Positions 17,916-26,361 of a DNA stretch of 35,627 nucleotides are shown here, piece after piece. The position numbers and the translations under genes are program-made. The notes beneath the pieces were generated by a model. The model saw only the letters and a list, made by a program, of their open reading frames with translations, was not told where the DNA came from and did no database searches. Location of the stretch: positions 1-35,627 of IMG/VR virus record IMGVR_UViG_3300036987_000044; one strand, 5' to 3'. The DNA is from a virus (lineage: Duplodnaviria; Caudoviricetes). Every line of letters starts with the position of its first letter. The stretch's first letter is position 1.

Positions 17916-18473
17916 TCATTTGGTCTTAAAATATTTGTGTTCACTTGCATAGATACGTTCATAGTTATCTTTAACATATTTTTTAACAGCATTAGTTGAT
18001 TGCCTACTCCTCATTAAGTCTGGTGCACTCGGTCCGGTTCGTTCATGTATCTTTAATCTCTTTGGACTAATGCGATAAAATATTCCCTTGTGCCCGCTCT
18101 TCATTGTTGCCTTAAATGTTTTATTACCAAGTGTAAGATCACCGGGGATAGTTACACGCTTTCCCTTTATTATCATTGCGCTAGCGCCTTTCTTCTTACT
18201 CTGGAGCGCTCTATATAATCCTAATGATAATCTCTTTCCGGTTACTCTTATTATTGCGGCGGGGCGCTTAGGCTTTGCTGTTTGTATCTTGGTAGCTTCA
18301 TTTAGTTTATTAGCGGGTATAGTGTACTTCTCTCTAACAGCTTTCTTTGCGGCTGTTGAAGCTTGACGCGCTGTTTTATTTGTAGCGGAGATAGTAGCTT
18401 TATCAATAACTCTTTTCACTTCTTTGAGATATGTATTAACATACTTATCAATGTTTTGTTTTATACTAATCAC
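17916..18473 (-). CDS. Minor tail protein Z-like (gpZ)
   Basis: 185 aa, basic; ATNKTARQA...VREKYTI, FKATMKSGHKGIFYR, GPSAP motifs. Confidence 0.75.
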   Translation of the reverse strand: MISIKQNIDKYVNTYLKEVKRVIDKATISATNKTARQASTAAKKAVREKYTIPANKLNEATKIQTAKPKRPAAIIRVTGKRLSLGLYRALQSKKKGASAMIIKGKRVTIPGDLTLGNKTFKATMKSGHKGIFYRISPKRLKIHERTGPSAPDLMRSRQSTNAVKKYVKDNYERIYASEHKYFKTK

Positions 18474-18847
18474 CTTAACCCCGCTATAAGTTGTTGAAGT
18501 TCTTCTATTTGTTTTTCATAAAATATAACTGATGGTTTGAATGGAGTGAATGATTGCAACTTCATTACAGCCCATACATCAGCGCCTAACCTACTACTCA
18601 TTAAAGCATCCATGAGAGCATGTTTAATTGGTGAGTGATCTATCCCCAAATGACAAAAATGATTTAACCTCATTGTGTTATTAGGATGATACTTAAACAG
18701 CTCACGCTCTCTACTAATGCCATGTGCCCAATCGAGATCATAATTCTTACCGCAACCACAAACACATTTAACATCTCTAAGCTTTGTGTATTCGCGGCTT
18801 AACCTTTCCGCTTTAGCTTCATATTTCTTAAAGTTCATTTTAACCAC
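18470..18847 (-). CDS. NinG/Rap-like HNH nuclease
   Basis: RDVKCVCGCG...DWAHGISR...YHPNN...CH. Confidence 0.7.
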   Translation of the reverse strand: MVKMNFKKYEAKAERLSREYTKLRDVKCVCGCGKNYDLDWAHGISRERELFKYHPNNTMRLNHFCHLGIDHSPIKHALMDALMSSRLGADVWAVMKLQSFTPFKPSVIFYEKQIEELQQLIAGLR

Positions 18848-19020
18848 AAATATGAGTTATGTTTTTTTAAGGCGGCTCTTTTAGCCGCGTTTACTTTTGT
18901 CTTTTCTCTATTCATTTGCAGAGAGCATTTTGCACAATATAATTTTTGATTTCTACATTCAGTTTCTTTCATAAATGTTTTAGAACAATTAGGAGAGGCG
19001 CATATAGTTTCAACCTTCAA
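18835..19020 (-). CDS. Small zinc-finger protein
   Basis: CASPNC...YCAKC; start uncertain. Confidence 0.6.
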   Translation of the reverse strand: MKVETICASPNCSKTFMKETECRNQKLYCAKCSLQMNREKTKVNAAKRAALKKHNSYLWLK

Positions 19021-20209
19021 CTTTAACCCCCTTCTCTTCTAGCATTGCCTCAATAGTTCCTAATGCGTATTGAGCGCGTCCTTGCTTTATATATCCAAAT
19101 AATTTATTAAACTCTGAAGCGCTGAATAACTTTTTATTTTCCGCTAATAACTGAGAAGCTTTAAGAGCTAACTTCTCATTTTCTTTTTGGAGGGCATCCA
19201 CTTCACGTTTCATTTCAGTGTTCCTATTTATTGCGGCTTCTTTTAACTCTTCTTTTTTGCGGGCATCATTCCATTGTTCTACATAATCGTTTTTCATACC
19301 TCTCACTATCCCCAAAAGGTAATTAACCGATTGTTGTGCTTTTGGTAAGCCGGGGTATTTCTTAAATGCTTCATTGATAATTTCCCATACTACATCGCGC
19401 GTGAGCATAGGTCTAATATCAATCAATTCTTTTTTTACATTATCCACGTTTTGAAAATGAGGTACAGCTTCACTAACAAATAATCTGAATAACCTTCTCA
19501 CTTTTTTATCTAAGTCTTCCGGGTCGTTGAAGTTTGTTGGTAAAATGTCGCGGTCGTTGCTTTCTTCTTCTTCTTCTTCATTAGAATTATTATTAAAACC
19601 TTTCTTATGAGCTGGGAAATTTCCGAGCTCTGAGTTCGGAATTTTCCGAGCCTCACTTGGAATTTTCCGAGTCGAAACCTCATTTGGACTTGGAATTTTC
19701 CGAGTCGGGATTTCTAATTCTTCGTTTTTGGCTTCTTTTTGGATAGGGAAAAGTTCCTCTTCTTCTTGGATTCGGAAATTTCCGAGTCCATCTTCTATCT
19801 CATCAGTGGATTCAAGCCGCGTTGAAACATCAAACCAATCTTCTTCATTTACAAAAGCATACCATAACTTTCGGTCATTCTTAAACTTGTTAAACTTATC
19901 TGTAGTTATAATTACTTTCTGTTCAACAAGCTTTTCTACTATGTACCTTATCTGATTAGCCGTCCAAAACGGTAAAGACTCCTCAAGTGATTTTACTTTC
20001 TGATCACCCGCAGCACCTTCTATAGCATTATTATACTTTTTGCGGCAAACAGTATTGTACATCCACGTTCTACCTTCTCGATAATTCACCCCTTGCCGCT
20101 TATTGTATTCAATCCAACCTTTTAGGTGTGCAATAAATATAGCCGCGTCCGTTCCATAGTTTACAGCTACATCATAATCCAATAATATTTTTTTGCTCTT
20201 ATCAGACAA
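19010..20209 (-). CDS. Replication initiator (O-like, N-terminal winged helix)
   Basis: 399 aa; GRTWMYNT...LPFW...KLVEQKVI...KFNK...DRKLWY domain followed by an iteron-encoded repetitive linker. Confidence 0.8.
   Translation of the reverse strand: MSDKSKKILLDYDVAVNYGTDAAIFIAHLKGWIEYNKRQGVNYREGRTWMYNTVCRKKYNNAIEGAAGDQKVKSLEESLPFWTANQIRYIVEKLVEQKVIITTDKFNKFKNDRKLWYAFVNEEDWFDVSTRLESTDEIEDGLGNFRIQEEEELFPIQKEAKNEELEIPTRKIPSPNEVSTRKIPSEARKIPNSELGNFPAHKKGFNNNSNEEEEEESNDRDILPTNFNDPEDLDKKVRRLFRLFVSEAVPHFQNVDNVKKELIDIRPMLTRDVVWEIINEAFKKYPGLPKAQQSVNYLLGIVRGMKNDYVEQWNDARKKEELKEAAINRNTEMKREVDALQKENEKLALKASQLLAENKKLFSASEFNKLFGYIKQGRAQYALGTIEAMLEEKGVKVEG
19561..19786. repeat. Replication origin: five 13-bp iterons plus AT-rich tract
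   Basis: GGAAWTTTCCGAG at 19615, 19638, 19659, 19692 and 19774; AT-rich 19561-19610. Confidence 0.8.
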
Positions 20210-20524
20210 TTAAAAAGGTTCCTCAAAATTATTTTTGTTCAATGTGTACCAATTTGTTTTATCAAACTCATCATCATTAAAACGATCTTTTAACACTATG
20301 CCAAGTTTCACTAGTTTATCTAATAACCTTCGAACAGCACCACTATCAAACACCTCTATATCTTTAGCAATATTATCATAGGTTGAATGCAACCAATACT
20401 TACGATTATGATAATCCACGTTATGATAACGCGCTGAACTGAGTTGAGAGCGCAAATAATTAATCATCAGCGCCTCCGCAATCCCAAATTTTACAGCCTC
20501 TTTTTTTACTATAACTATGTACAT
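20210..20524 (-). CDS. Stand-alone winged-helix paralogue of the initiator N-domain
   Basis: AVKFGIAEA...KYWLHSTY...RRLLDKLVKLGIV...FN...DKTNWY parallels the next gene. Confidence 0.75.
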   Translation of the reverse strand: MYIVIVKKEAVKFGIAEALMINYLRSQLSSARYHNVDYHNRKYWLHSTYDNIAKDIEVFDSGAVRRLLDKLVKLGIVLKDRFNDDEFDKTNWYTLNKNNFEEPF

Positions 20525-20531
20525 TTTACCC

Positions 20532-20990
20532 TCACTGAATTAATAAATCATTGTGTTTTGCTAAATAGTTATTAAGAGCAGTTTCAAACTCACTAAATGA
20601 AAAGACTAAACCGGCTCCATATCTTTGTGGATAACCGCTTTGTGAATCGCTTAATAAGTATTCAGCGGCTACTACATTTAAGCTTAGGATTTGAAATTGT
20701 TGTACTAGGTAATCGTAAGGAGTTAGTTCATTAGGGCACATTGCACCCTTTAGGCAAGCGTTTTGGTTTGACATGTTGACCTCTGTTGTTTTTGAACAAA
20801 TAAAAATCCCGAGATTTGTTCCAGTTACAACAGCAACTGCCCAATCCTCACGGGTTTGGGAATCTCGGGAAATATTAGTTTTTTCTTTAAAACCAAAATC
20901 CCGCGTTGACGGAGCGGAAAAACCGCTGTTGTTTCTGAACGCCGGAAAATTAATACTTAGTATTTTTATTGTCAACAGATTTTTAATCAT
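20532..20990 (-). CDS. Ash/kil-like ORF: 152-aa long form and 80-aa short form from ATG 20774
   Basis: The long form starts at TAATG overlapping the helicase stop; the internal ATG has an AGAGG RBS. Confidence 0.6.
   Translation of the reverse strand: MIKNLLTIKILSINFPAFRNNSGFSAPSTRDFGFKEKTNISRDSQTREDWAVAVVTGTNLGIFICSKTTEVNMSNQNACLKGAMCPNELTPYDYLVQQFQILSLNVVAAEYLLSDSQSGYPQRYGAGLVFSFSEFETALNNYLAKHNDLLIQ
20807..20870 (-). ncRNA. CI/c4-like antisense RNA
   Basis: Outer stem TCCCGAGATT/AATCTCGGGA enclosing a GUGA-tetraloop hairpin and a CAGTTGC-TGTT-GTAACTG hairpin; complementary to two flanking direct repeats. Confidence 0.7.
20947..20975 (-). promoter_or_regulatory. Sigma70-type promoter for the antisense RNA leader
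   Basis: TTGACA-N17-TAATTT, 6 nt upstream of the first target repeat. Confidence 0.65.
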
Positions 20991-23515
20991 TAAATAGCTG
21001 CCTTATTATTTTTATTTTCGGATTGCATTAAATCAAATAGACTTGGAACGCTTATCTCTTCAACTACAGCTCTCATATAAGCCGCGCCATCTCTAAAGTA
21101 ATTTGGGTTAAGTTCACTTGCGTAACCTTTACGTTTTAATTTTACAGCTCGGTATGGTACTGTCATTAACCCGCCAAAAGGATCGAATACAACTTCACCT
21201 TCATTGCTAAATCTATTTATGGTCCGGTCAACAATATCAAACTGAAGCGGGCAAATGTGCATAGTTAAATTCTTTTTACTTTGAGCGGTGTTAAGAGTTA
21301 TCATTCGGTTCACATCATCCCACATGTACCAATTGCGGCTTTTTAAGCGGAGGGTTTCAAACGTTGCCGGTAGCCTACCTATATTCTCTAAATCAGTTGC
21401 GGTTTTAACGTGAGTTTCATAATCATAAACATTGCTTTCAAAGTAATCAGTAAACAAATGGTTTACGGTGTCTAAACCGGCTCTTCTAATTTCCTCCGGA
21501 GTTAAAAATCTATCACCGCTACTATTCCACTTAGCTCTAGCATCTATTTGCCACATTCCCCGCGTGTAAATGCTTTTATCTTTTGCCACCGGTATATCAC
21601 TATAAGCATCTTCACTGGTAGTTGGTTGCTTTCTAAAGAGTAAAAGATATTCGGGTGAACCTACCCCCATTTTACTTCCATCCTTGCACTGCTCAGTCCA
21701 TCCTAATCGGTAAGTCTGATTGTTCTCTCTAACAACATCCGTTTCAATTGTTACCATTCCTAAAAAGCCAAAACCATGTTTTAAGAAATGGAAAATAGTT
21801 TCAGCATGGAAAGGACTAACTGTAGGAAAGCTGAAATCAGTCATTGAACTAAAAAGAATTCTATCCTTTACATGTATTGCGGCAACTCTACCGGGCACTA
21901 ATATTCGTTTCAGCTCAGGGGTTAAAAAGTCCATTTGTTCAAAGAAGTGATTATTGTTTTCAGTGTGCCCAAAATCATTATAGCTTGGTGTGTACTCATA
22001 ATGATTGCTGAATGGTATTGAGGTTACAACTAAATGGACGCTATTATCTTTCATTTCGCGCGTTTCCATTACACAATCATTATTGCTAATTGTGTAATGT
22101 TCATTACTAATTACAGTTCTTTCTATTCCCATTGTTCGCACCAGTTTTTGTATTGAAGTTATTGAGCTAAGTCCATTCTCTTTAATTATGGAGGTCATAT
22201 TATCCACTAACTTGTAATGCTGTTCTTTTTTTAATTCAAGGGCTTTTAATATTTCCCTTTCACTTTCTGTATGGATAATGTGTATTTCTACTTTTTGATT
22301 TTGTAAGAAGCGGTAAATTCTATGAACAGCTTGAATGAAATCATTAAACTTATAATCTATTCCCAAAAAGATAGCTTTGTGGCAATAACGTTGGAAGTTG
22401 CAACCGCTACCGGCAATCTCCGGTTTAGTGCTTAGATATTTAAGCTTGCCATAACTAAATTCTAGTATTCGTTTTTCACGTTCCTCTATATCTTGGCTAC
22501 CATAAACATCATACCCTCTACCAATAGCCTTGTTAATGTTATCTCTCTCACTTTCTAAATGATGCCAAATTAACCAGTGAGCCTCCGGATCCGTGCTTAT
22601 AATCTCTTGCATCTTTTCAACTCTATTATCAATGCTATCTCTCTTTTCTTTTGAGGCATCCCTTAAAGAAAGAGCGGCATCTCTAAACATTTTACCTTGT
22701 CCATCATCTTCACTACCGGCGCTATTATGGTCAACCTTCAGCTCATGATAATGATATGTAATACTTGGAAGGTCGTATCCTTCATCGCTATATCCTAAAT
22801 CACTTGGCTTTGTTATAAATACACCCCAACTGCTAACCCAATACCAAAACTCACGCTCTTTATGTTCGTATAAAGTGAGCTTATTAGCTTGTGTACTATC
22901 TCGCTTAAAAAACCTAGTGAGAGCTTGCCCGGTGTCCATAATTCCTAAGTAACCGGCATAATGGATAAGTTCTTTGTATTTATTTGGTGAAGGAGTAGCG
23001 GTGCAAACAAATTTATATTTTACATTTTTGAACATCTGCAAAAAGGTTTGATAAGTTTTTGTGCCATAACCTCTTAATACAGATGCTTCATCTAAAGTTG
23101 TTACAGTGAAAAAGTTTACATCAATATCACCATCTCTAACACGTTCATAATTAGTGATTAGAATATCTGCCTTGCTGTTTTCAACTTCTTTTTGTGTTCG
23201 TACATACTCAATTTTTATTTTGAGAAGTTCTTTTGCGTCATGGCTAAATTCTTGCTTAATACCCAAAGGGCAAATAATAAGAGCCTTGCCCCCTTCACGT
23301 TTAATTATTTGTTTACAGATTTCTAACTGAATTACAGTTTTACCTAATCCGAATGAAGCAAATACCGCGCGCTTACCACCTTTAATTGCCCATTTAACTA
23401 TATCTTTTTGATGAGGTAAAAGTATCTTGCTTAGTTCCTTGGTTTTAATTTCAAAACCGTAATCCTTGCTAACTGCTATTTTCTTTTTCAAAAAATCAAA
23501 ATATCTATCTTGCAT
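20990..23515 (-). CDS. SNF2-like helicase fused to N4/N6 DNA methyltransferase
   Basis: GLGKT, LDEAS, TATP, GCNFQ, QAVHRIYRF helicase motifs; TSIPF (motif IV variant), HICPLQ and FDPFGG (motif I). Confidence 0.9.
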   Translation of the reverse strand: MQDRYFDFLKKKIAVSKDYGFEIKTKELSKILLPHQKDIVKWAIKGGKRAVFASFGLGKTVIQLEICKQIIKREGGKALIICPLGIKQEFSHDAKELLKIKIEYVRTQKEVENSKADILITNYERVRDGDIDVNFFTVTTLDEASVLRGYGTKTYQTFLQMFKNVKYKFVCTATPSPNKYKELIHYAGYLGIMDTGQALTRFFKRDSTQANKLTLYEHKEREFWYWVSSWGVFITKPSDLGYSDEGYDLPSITYHYHELKVDHNSAGSEDDGQGKMFRDAALSLRDASKEKRDSIDNRVEKMQEIISTDPEAHWLIWHHLESERDNINKAIGRGYDVYGSQDIEEREKRILEFSYGKLKYLSTKPEIAGSGCNFQRYCHKAIFLGIDYKFNDFIQAVHRIYRFLQNQKVEIHIIHTESEREILKALELKKEQHYKLVDNMTSIIKENGLSSITSIQKLVRTMGIERTVISNEHYTISNNDCVMETREMKDNSVHLVVTSIPFSNHYEYTPSYNDFGHTENNNHFFEQMDFLTPELKRILVPGRVAAIHVKDRILFSSMTDFSFPTVSPFHAETIFHFLKHGFGFLGMVTIETDVVRENNQTYRLGWTEQCKDGSKMGVGSPEYLLLFRKQPTTSEDAYSDIPVAKDKSIYTRGMWQIDARAKWNSSGDRFLTPEEIRRAGLDTVNHLFTDYFESNVYDYETHVKTATDLENIGRLPATFETLRLKSRNWYMWDDVNRMITLNTAQSKKNLTMHICPLQFDIVDRTINRFSNEGEVVFDPFGGLMTVPYRAVKLKRKGYASELNPNYFRDGAAYMRAVVEEISVPSLFDLMQSENKNNKAAI

Positions 23516-23604
23516 AATCCCTCATAATTTTAATTCAACAGCCTCATTATTATTCGTTGCGAGGCAAATAATAATTTGTTATTTAACTGAGGCTGTTGTA
23601 AATG

Positions 23605-23793
23605 TTACCAACTAAATCTTTTTAGCGGTGTGAACGTGCCAAAATACTTTACGCTCTTTGCTCTTTGTTTTGCGCTTTTGTGTATCGAGCGGCGGGCAAT
23701 TCCCTTTTTACGTTTGAATGATAGTTTGTTAAACTCTTTATCTTTATCCGAGAAGTGAGCTATAAACCCGTTTACTATTCTGTTAAAATTCAT
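23605..23793 (-). CDS. Small basic hypothetical protein
   Basis: Second ATG (MNFNRIV...) follows a GAGGG RBS. Confidence 0.6.
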   Translation of the reverse strand: MNFNRIVNGFIAHFSDKDKEFNKLSFKRKKGIARRSIHKSAKQRAKSVKYFGTFTPLKRFSW

Positions 23794-23962
23794 TTTGATT
23801 TCCCTCTTTAATTTCAATTTCAAATTCATCTATTAGAGCTATGTTAAGATCGAACCAAATCCAAAACCTAACCAGTATCTCATAAAACCAATTCTTACCT
23901 TCAATTTCATTTGTGTATCTGTTAAAGTAACATGGCACTTTGTGATATCTCGCCTCTTGCAT
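23783..23962 (-). CDS. 59-aa hypothetical protein
   Basis: MQEARYHKVPCYFNRYTNEIEGKNWFYE...; GAGGG RBS; fills the gap; absent from the ORF track. Confidence 0.7.
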   Translation of the reverse strand: MQEARYHKVPCYFNRYTNEIEGKNWFYEILVRFWIWFDLNIALIDEFEIEIKEGNQNEF

Positions 23963-23974
23963 TATGCCCTCAAA

Positions 23975-24283
23975 TTAAAAACGTAAGTTGTTTTTGTTAT
24001 TAGGTTTATATGAAGTTGTAGCGCACTGGAAGCCGCACCCTTTCATGGTTTTTTCGTAAATAACATCAATGTAAGAAAGCTGTTTAGGTGTTAACGGTTC
24101 TTTACATTCGGCAAATTGCAGAGCTGTCATTAAATACTTTTTACCGTTCAATACTCGCAAAAGCTTATCTTGATTGTTGATGATAAAATCCAACTGAGCT
24201 TTAGCCGACCTTTGAGCTTGCGCTAAATCATTATGAAATTTGCCGGTGTTAATTCTATCGAGCGGCATCATTACCCTCAGCAA
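23975..24283 (-). CDS. Hypothetical early protein
   Basis: Probably starts at MMPLDR after GAGGG; LTPKQLSYI motif. Confidence 0.65.
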   Translation of the reverse strand: MLRVMMPLDRINTGKFHNDLAQAQRSAKAQLDFIINNQDKLLRVLNGKKYLMTALQFAECKEPLTPKQLSYIDVIYEKTMKGCGFQCATTSYKPNNKNNLRF

Positions 24284-24629
24284 AAATATTTATTTGCGCG
24301 AACTGTTTATTTTCCTCTTCAGTCATATCTTCATAAATACGTTCGGAGTTATCAATTCTCACTATTTCCTTAGTGCCGGTAGTTGGAACGTTGTAAAAGA
24401 TTTCAACATCAACTAACTCTAGCTTAGTTTTAATAATTGTTCTAAGCTTATCAATAGTGAGATCAACAGTTTTAATTAAACTTTTTGAGCGGTTTTTGTG
24501 ATCTTCAAAATCAGAAATTAGAACATCCTTTTTGTCGAGTTCTTTCATTAATAAATTTTTACGGTCCAGTATTTCATCATCAGTAAGTTCAAATTCTTTG
24601 TAACTTTTTACAGCTTTAATCTCTTCCAA
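24255..24629 (-). CDS. Hypothetical coiled-coil protein
   Basis: 124 aa; GAGGTG RBS, TTG start. Confidence 0.7.
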   Translation of the reverse strand: MEEIKAVKSYKEFELTDDEILDRKNLLMKELDKKDVLISDFEDHKNRSKSLIKTVDLTIDKLRTIIKTKLELVDVEIFYNVPTTGTKEIVRIDNSERIYEDMTEEENKQFAQINIFAEGNDAAR

Positions 24630-24637
24630 TTTTCACC

Positions 24638-24853
24638 TCATCTATTTTTTTTAATTGTACTCGAACTTCTTTTAAACTTTGGAAATCTTGAAGAGTGTAT
24701 AAAAGTGCCATCTTTGTAAATGTTTGTATTTGAATAGGATGCTTCAGTTTTTGCATTCATACCCATTCTAACTAGCAAAGCGGCTTCTTTACTGTCTTCA
24801 GCTGTTAAACTGATTTCAAAAGCTCCATCATACTCTATAACTTCAATTTTCAT
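24638..24853 (-). CDS. Hypothetical protein
   Basis: 71 aa; AGGGG RBS. Confidence 0.65.
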   Translation of the reverse strand: MKIEVIEYDGAFEISLTAEDSKEAALLVRMGMNAKTEASYSNTNIYKDGTFIHSSRFPKFKRSSSTIKKNR

Positions 24854-24863
24854 ATTATCCCCT

Positions 24864-25079
24864 TTAACTTAATTTCGGTTCATTCTTAAAAATCAAATTC
24901 TCCGGCTCGGTTTTTACTACCTTGCCCATGTTAAAATGTATTACCCCTATTAGGAAATTATTATCCTTATTTATCTGCATAGTCTTAATAAGCTCACTTG
25001 CTTTATTGTAACCCATAATTAAAGAGCTAATAACTTGCCGGGTGTTTTCGCCATAAATCACATATCTAATTGTGCCCAT
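24864..25079 (-). CDS. Hypothetical protein
   Basis: 71 aa; GAGG RBS, abuts the upstream stop. Confidence 0.65.
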   Translation of the reverse strand: MGTIRYVIYGENTRQVISSLIMGYNKASELIKTMQINKDNNFLIGVIHFNMGKVVKTEPENLIFKNEPKLS

Positions 25080-25080
25080 A

Positions 25081-25449
25081 TTACCTCACTGCATAATTAG
25101 TATTTACCCGCTCTCCGAATAAGTTTATATCTCCATCCATAGCGGTAATTTGTCTTTTAATTTTTTTGCGTTCGTGCAAACTGGAAAGGATTGTTTGGTT
25201 ATAAGCTAAATACGCGGCAACTCTTTCCTCACTGCTTCTAGTTAACCAATAACCTTTTTTATCGGAACCGATAAAGAACTGCCCTTCATACATGTCATTC
25301 ATTGTACGAACATGCGCGGCTAACATTCGGTTATCAATTCCAAGACTAGCTTTAATTACACTTGCGGTTATTCGGGTTTTGTAAGTTGTATTTTTAAGAG
25401 CTTCATAAATCTTTTCATGTAGCTCATTGTGGAAGCATATCACGCTCAT
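25081..25449 (-). CDS. Winged-helix DNA-binding protein
   Basis: ITASVIKASLGIDNRML...IGSDKKGYWL. Confidence 0.6.
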   Translation of the reverse strand: MSVICFHNELHEKIYEALKNTTYKTRITASVIKASLGIDNRMLAAHVRTMNDMYEGQFFIGSDKKGYWLTRSSEERVAAYLAYNQTILSSLHERKKIKRQITAMDGDINLFGERVNTNYAVR

Positions 25450-25555
25450 AATACACCCAAAATGTTATAAGTTATTATTTTGCCTCAATTTAACTTTTAG
25501 GAACAGCGGGCAAAGTTGAGGGCTACTTCACCCGCTGATTGTGTGTGTGGACCTT

Positions 25556-25951
25556 CTACAACAATTCTAAAATCTGTATTATTACTTCGCGCTCGGTTGC
25601 GTATTGTATCTTTACCTTTATTAGTTGATGTCCGTTGAAATAGAGGAAATGATCACCCAAAAAGGATTTTAAGTTGCTAACAGAAAGTATATTATTACTT
25701 AACCCGCCGGAGCTATATTCCAAGCGGTAGTAAGTACCGTTAAAACCTCTATACTTTACGGTGTAATATTCATTCCAAAGCTTCCCTATAGTTACAGTCT
25801 GCTCATTCTTTACGCTAAAGCTTTCGGTTAAAATCCACTCCTCCGGCTCAGTAGGTTCATTGTTGCACCCCATAAAAGAGAATAGTAATAGAAGCGCAAT
25901 TATGGTGATCATCATTGCAAGGAAGGTACCTTTCCAATCTAAAGTTTTCAT
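25556..25951 (-). CDS. Lipoprotein
   Basis: Hydrophobic leader ending FMG-C, then NNEPTEP. Confidence 0.7.
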   Translation of the reverse strand: MKTLDWKGTFLAMMITIIALLLLFSFMGCNNEPTEPEEWILTESFSVKNEQTVTIGKLWNEYYTVKYRGFNGTYYRLEYSSGGLSNNILSVSNLKSFLGDHFLYFNGHQLIKVKIQYATEREVIIQILELL

Positions 25952-26172
25952 AACCCCGCCTCCATTAGTTTTAAGTTAAACTCATAGTTATCCATATCAT
26001 CGGCTTCAGCTTCAGCCTTGGTAAGATCTATATGCTCGTGAGTTTTAGCTTCTACAATGGCAAGAATAATATCAAAAGTCTGTTTGCTTATTTTCTTGGT
26101 AGTTTCACCACCTCTTTTATAAATGGTGTATTCGTTTTTTCCGCTCTGCACAAAACTCAATTCTTTTACCAT
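25948..26172 (-). CDS. Hypothetical protein
   Basis: 74 aa; GAGGTG RBS; overlaps both neighbours. Confidence 0.65.
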   Translation of the reverse strand: MVKELSFVQSGKNEYTIYKRGGETTKKISKQTFDIILAIVEAKTHEHIDLTKAEAEADDMDNYEFNLKLMEAGL

Positions 26173-26354
26173 GCTACACCTCTAACAACATCTTTACAAT
26201 ATCGCACGGTTGCCCTCAGCGCTAATTTGCATATCTCTTTCATAGTAATGTTGTCGCGGTTTACTTGATAAACGTTATTGCCTATTTGAATGCGAACTAA
26301 GAAAACATTGTTCGTTAAAGTATCTGTTAGCGGTATTGAACTTACTAGAAGCAT
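26166..26354 (-). CDS. Hypothetical protein
   Basis: 62 aa; GAGGG RBS. Confidence 0.6.
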   Translation of the reverse strand: MLLVSSIPLTDTLTNNVFLVRIQIGNNVYQVNRDNITMKEICKLALRATVRYCKDVVRGVAW

Positions 26355-26361
26355 AAGGCCC

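Noticed and set aside
19615-19786. Repeats as a CRISPR array
   Set aside because: Only 13 bp, irregular short spacing, inside a coding gene, no cas genes.
20807-20870. tRNA gene
   Set aside because: Branched, but lacks the T-loop consensus, a 7-nt anticodon loop and a third arm; the complementary flanking targets favour an antisense RNA.
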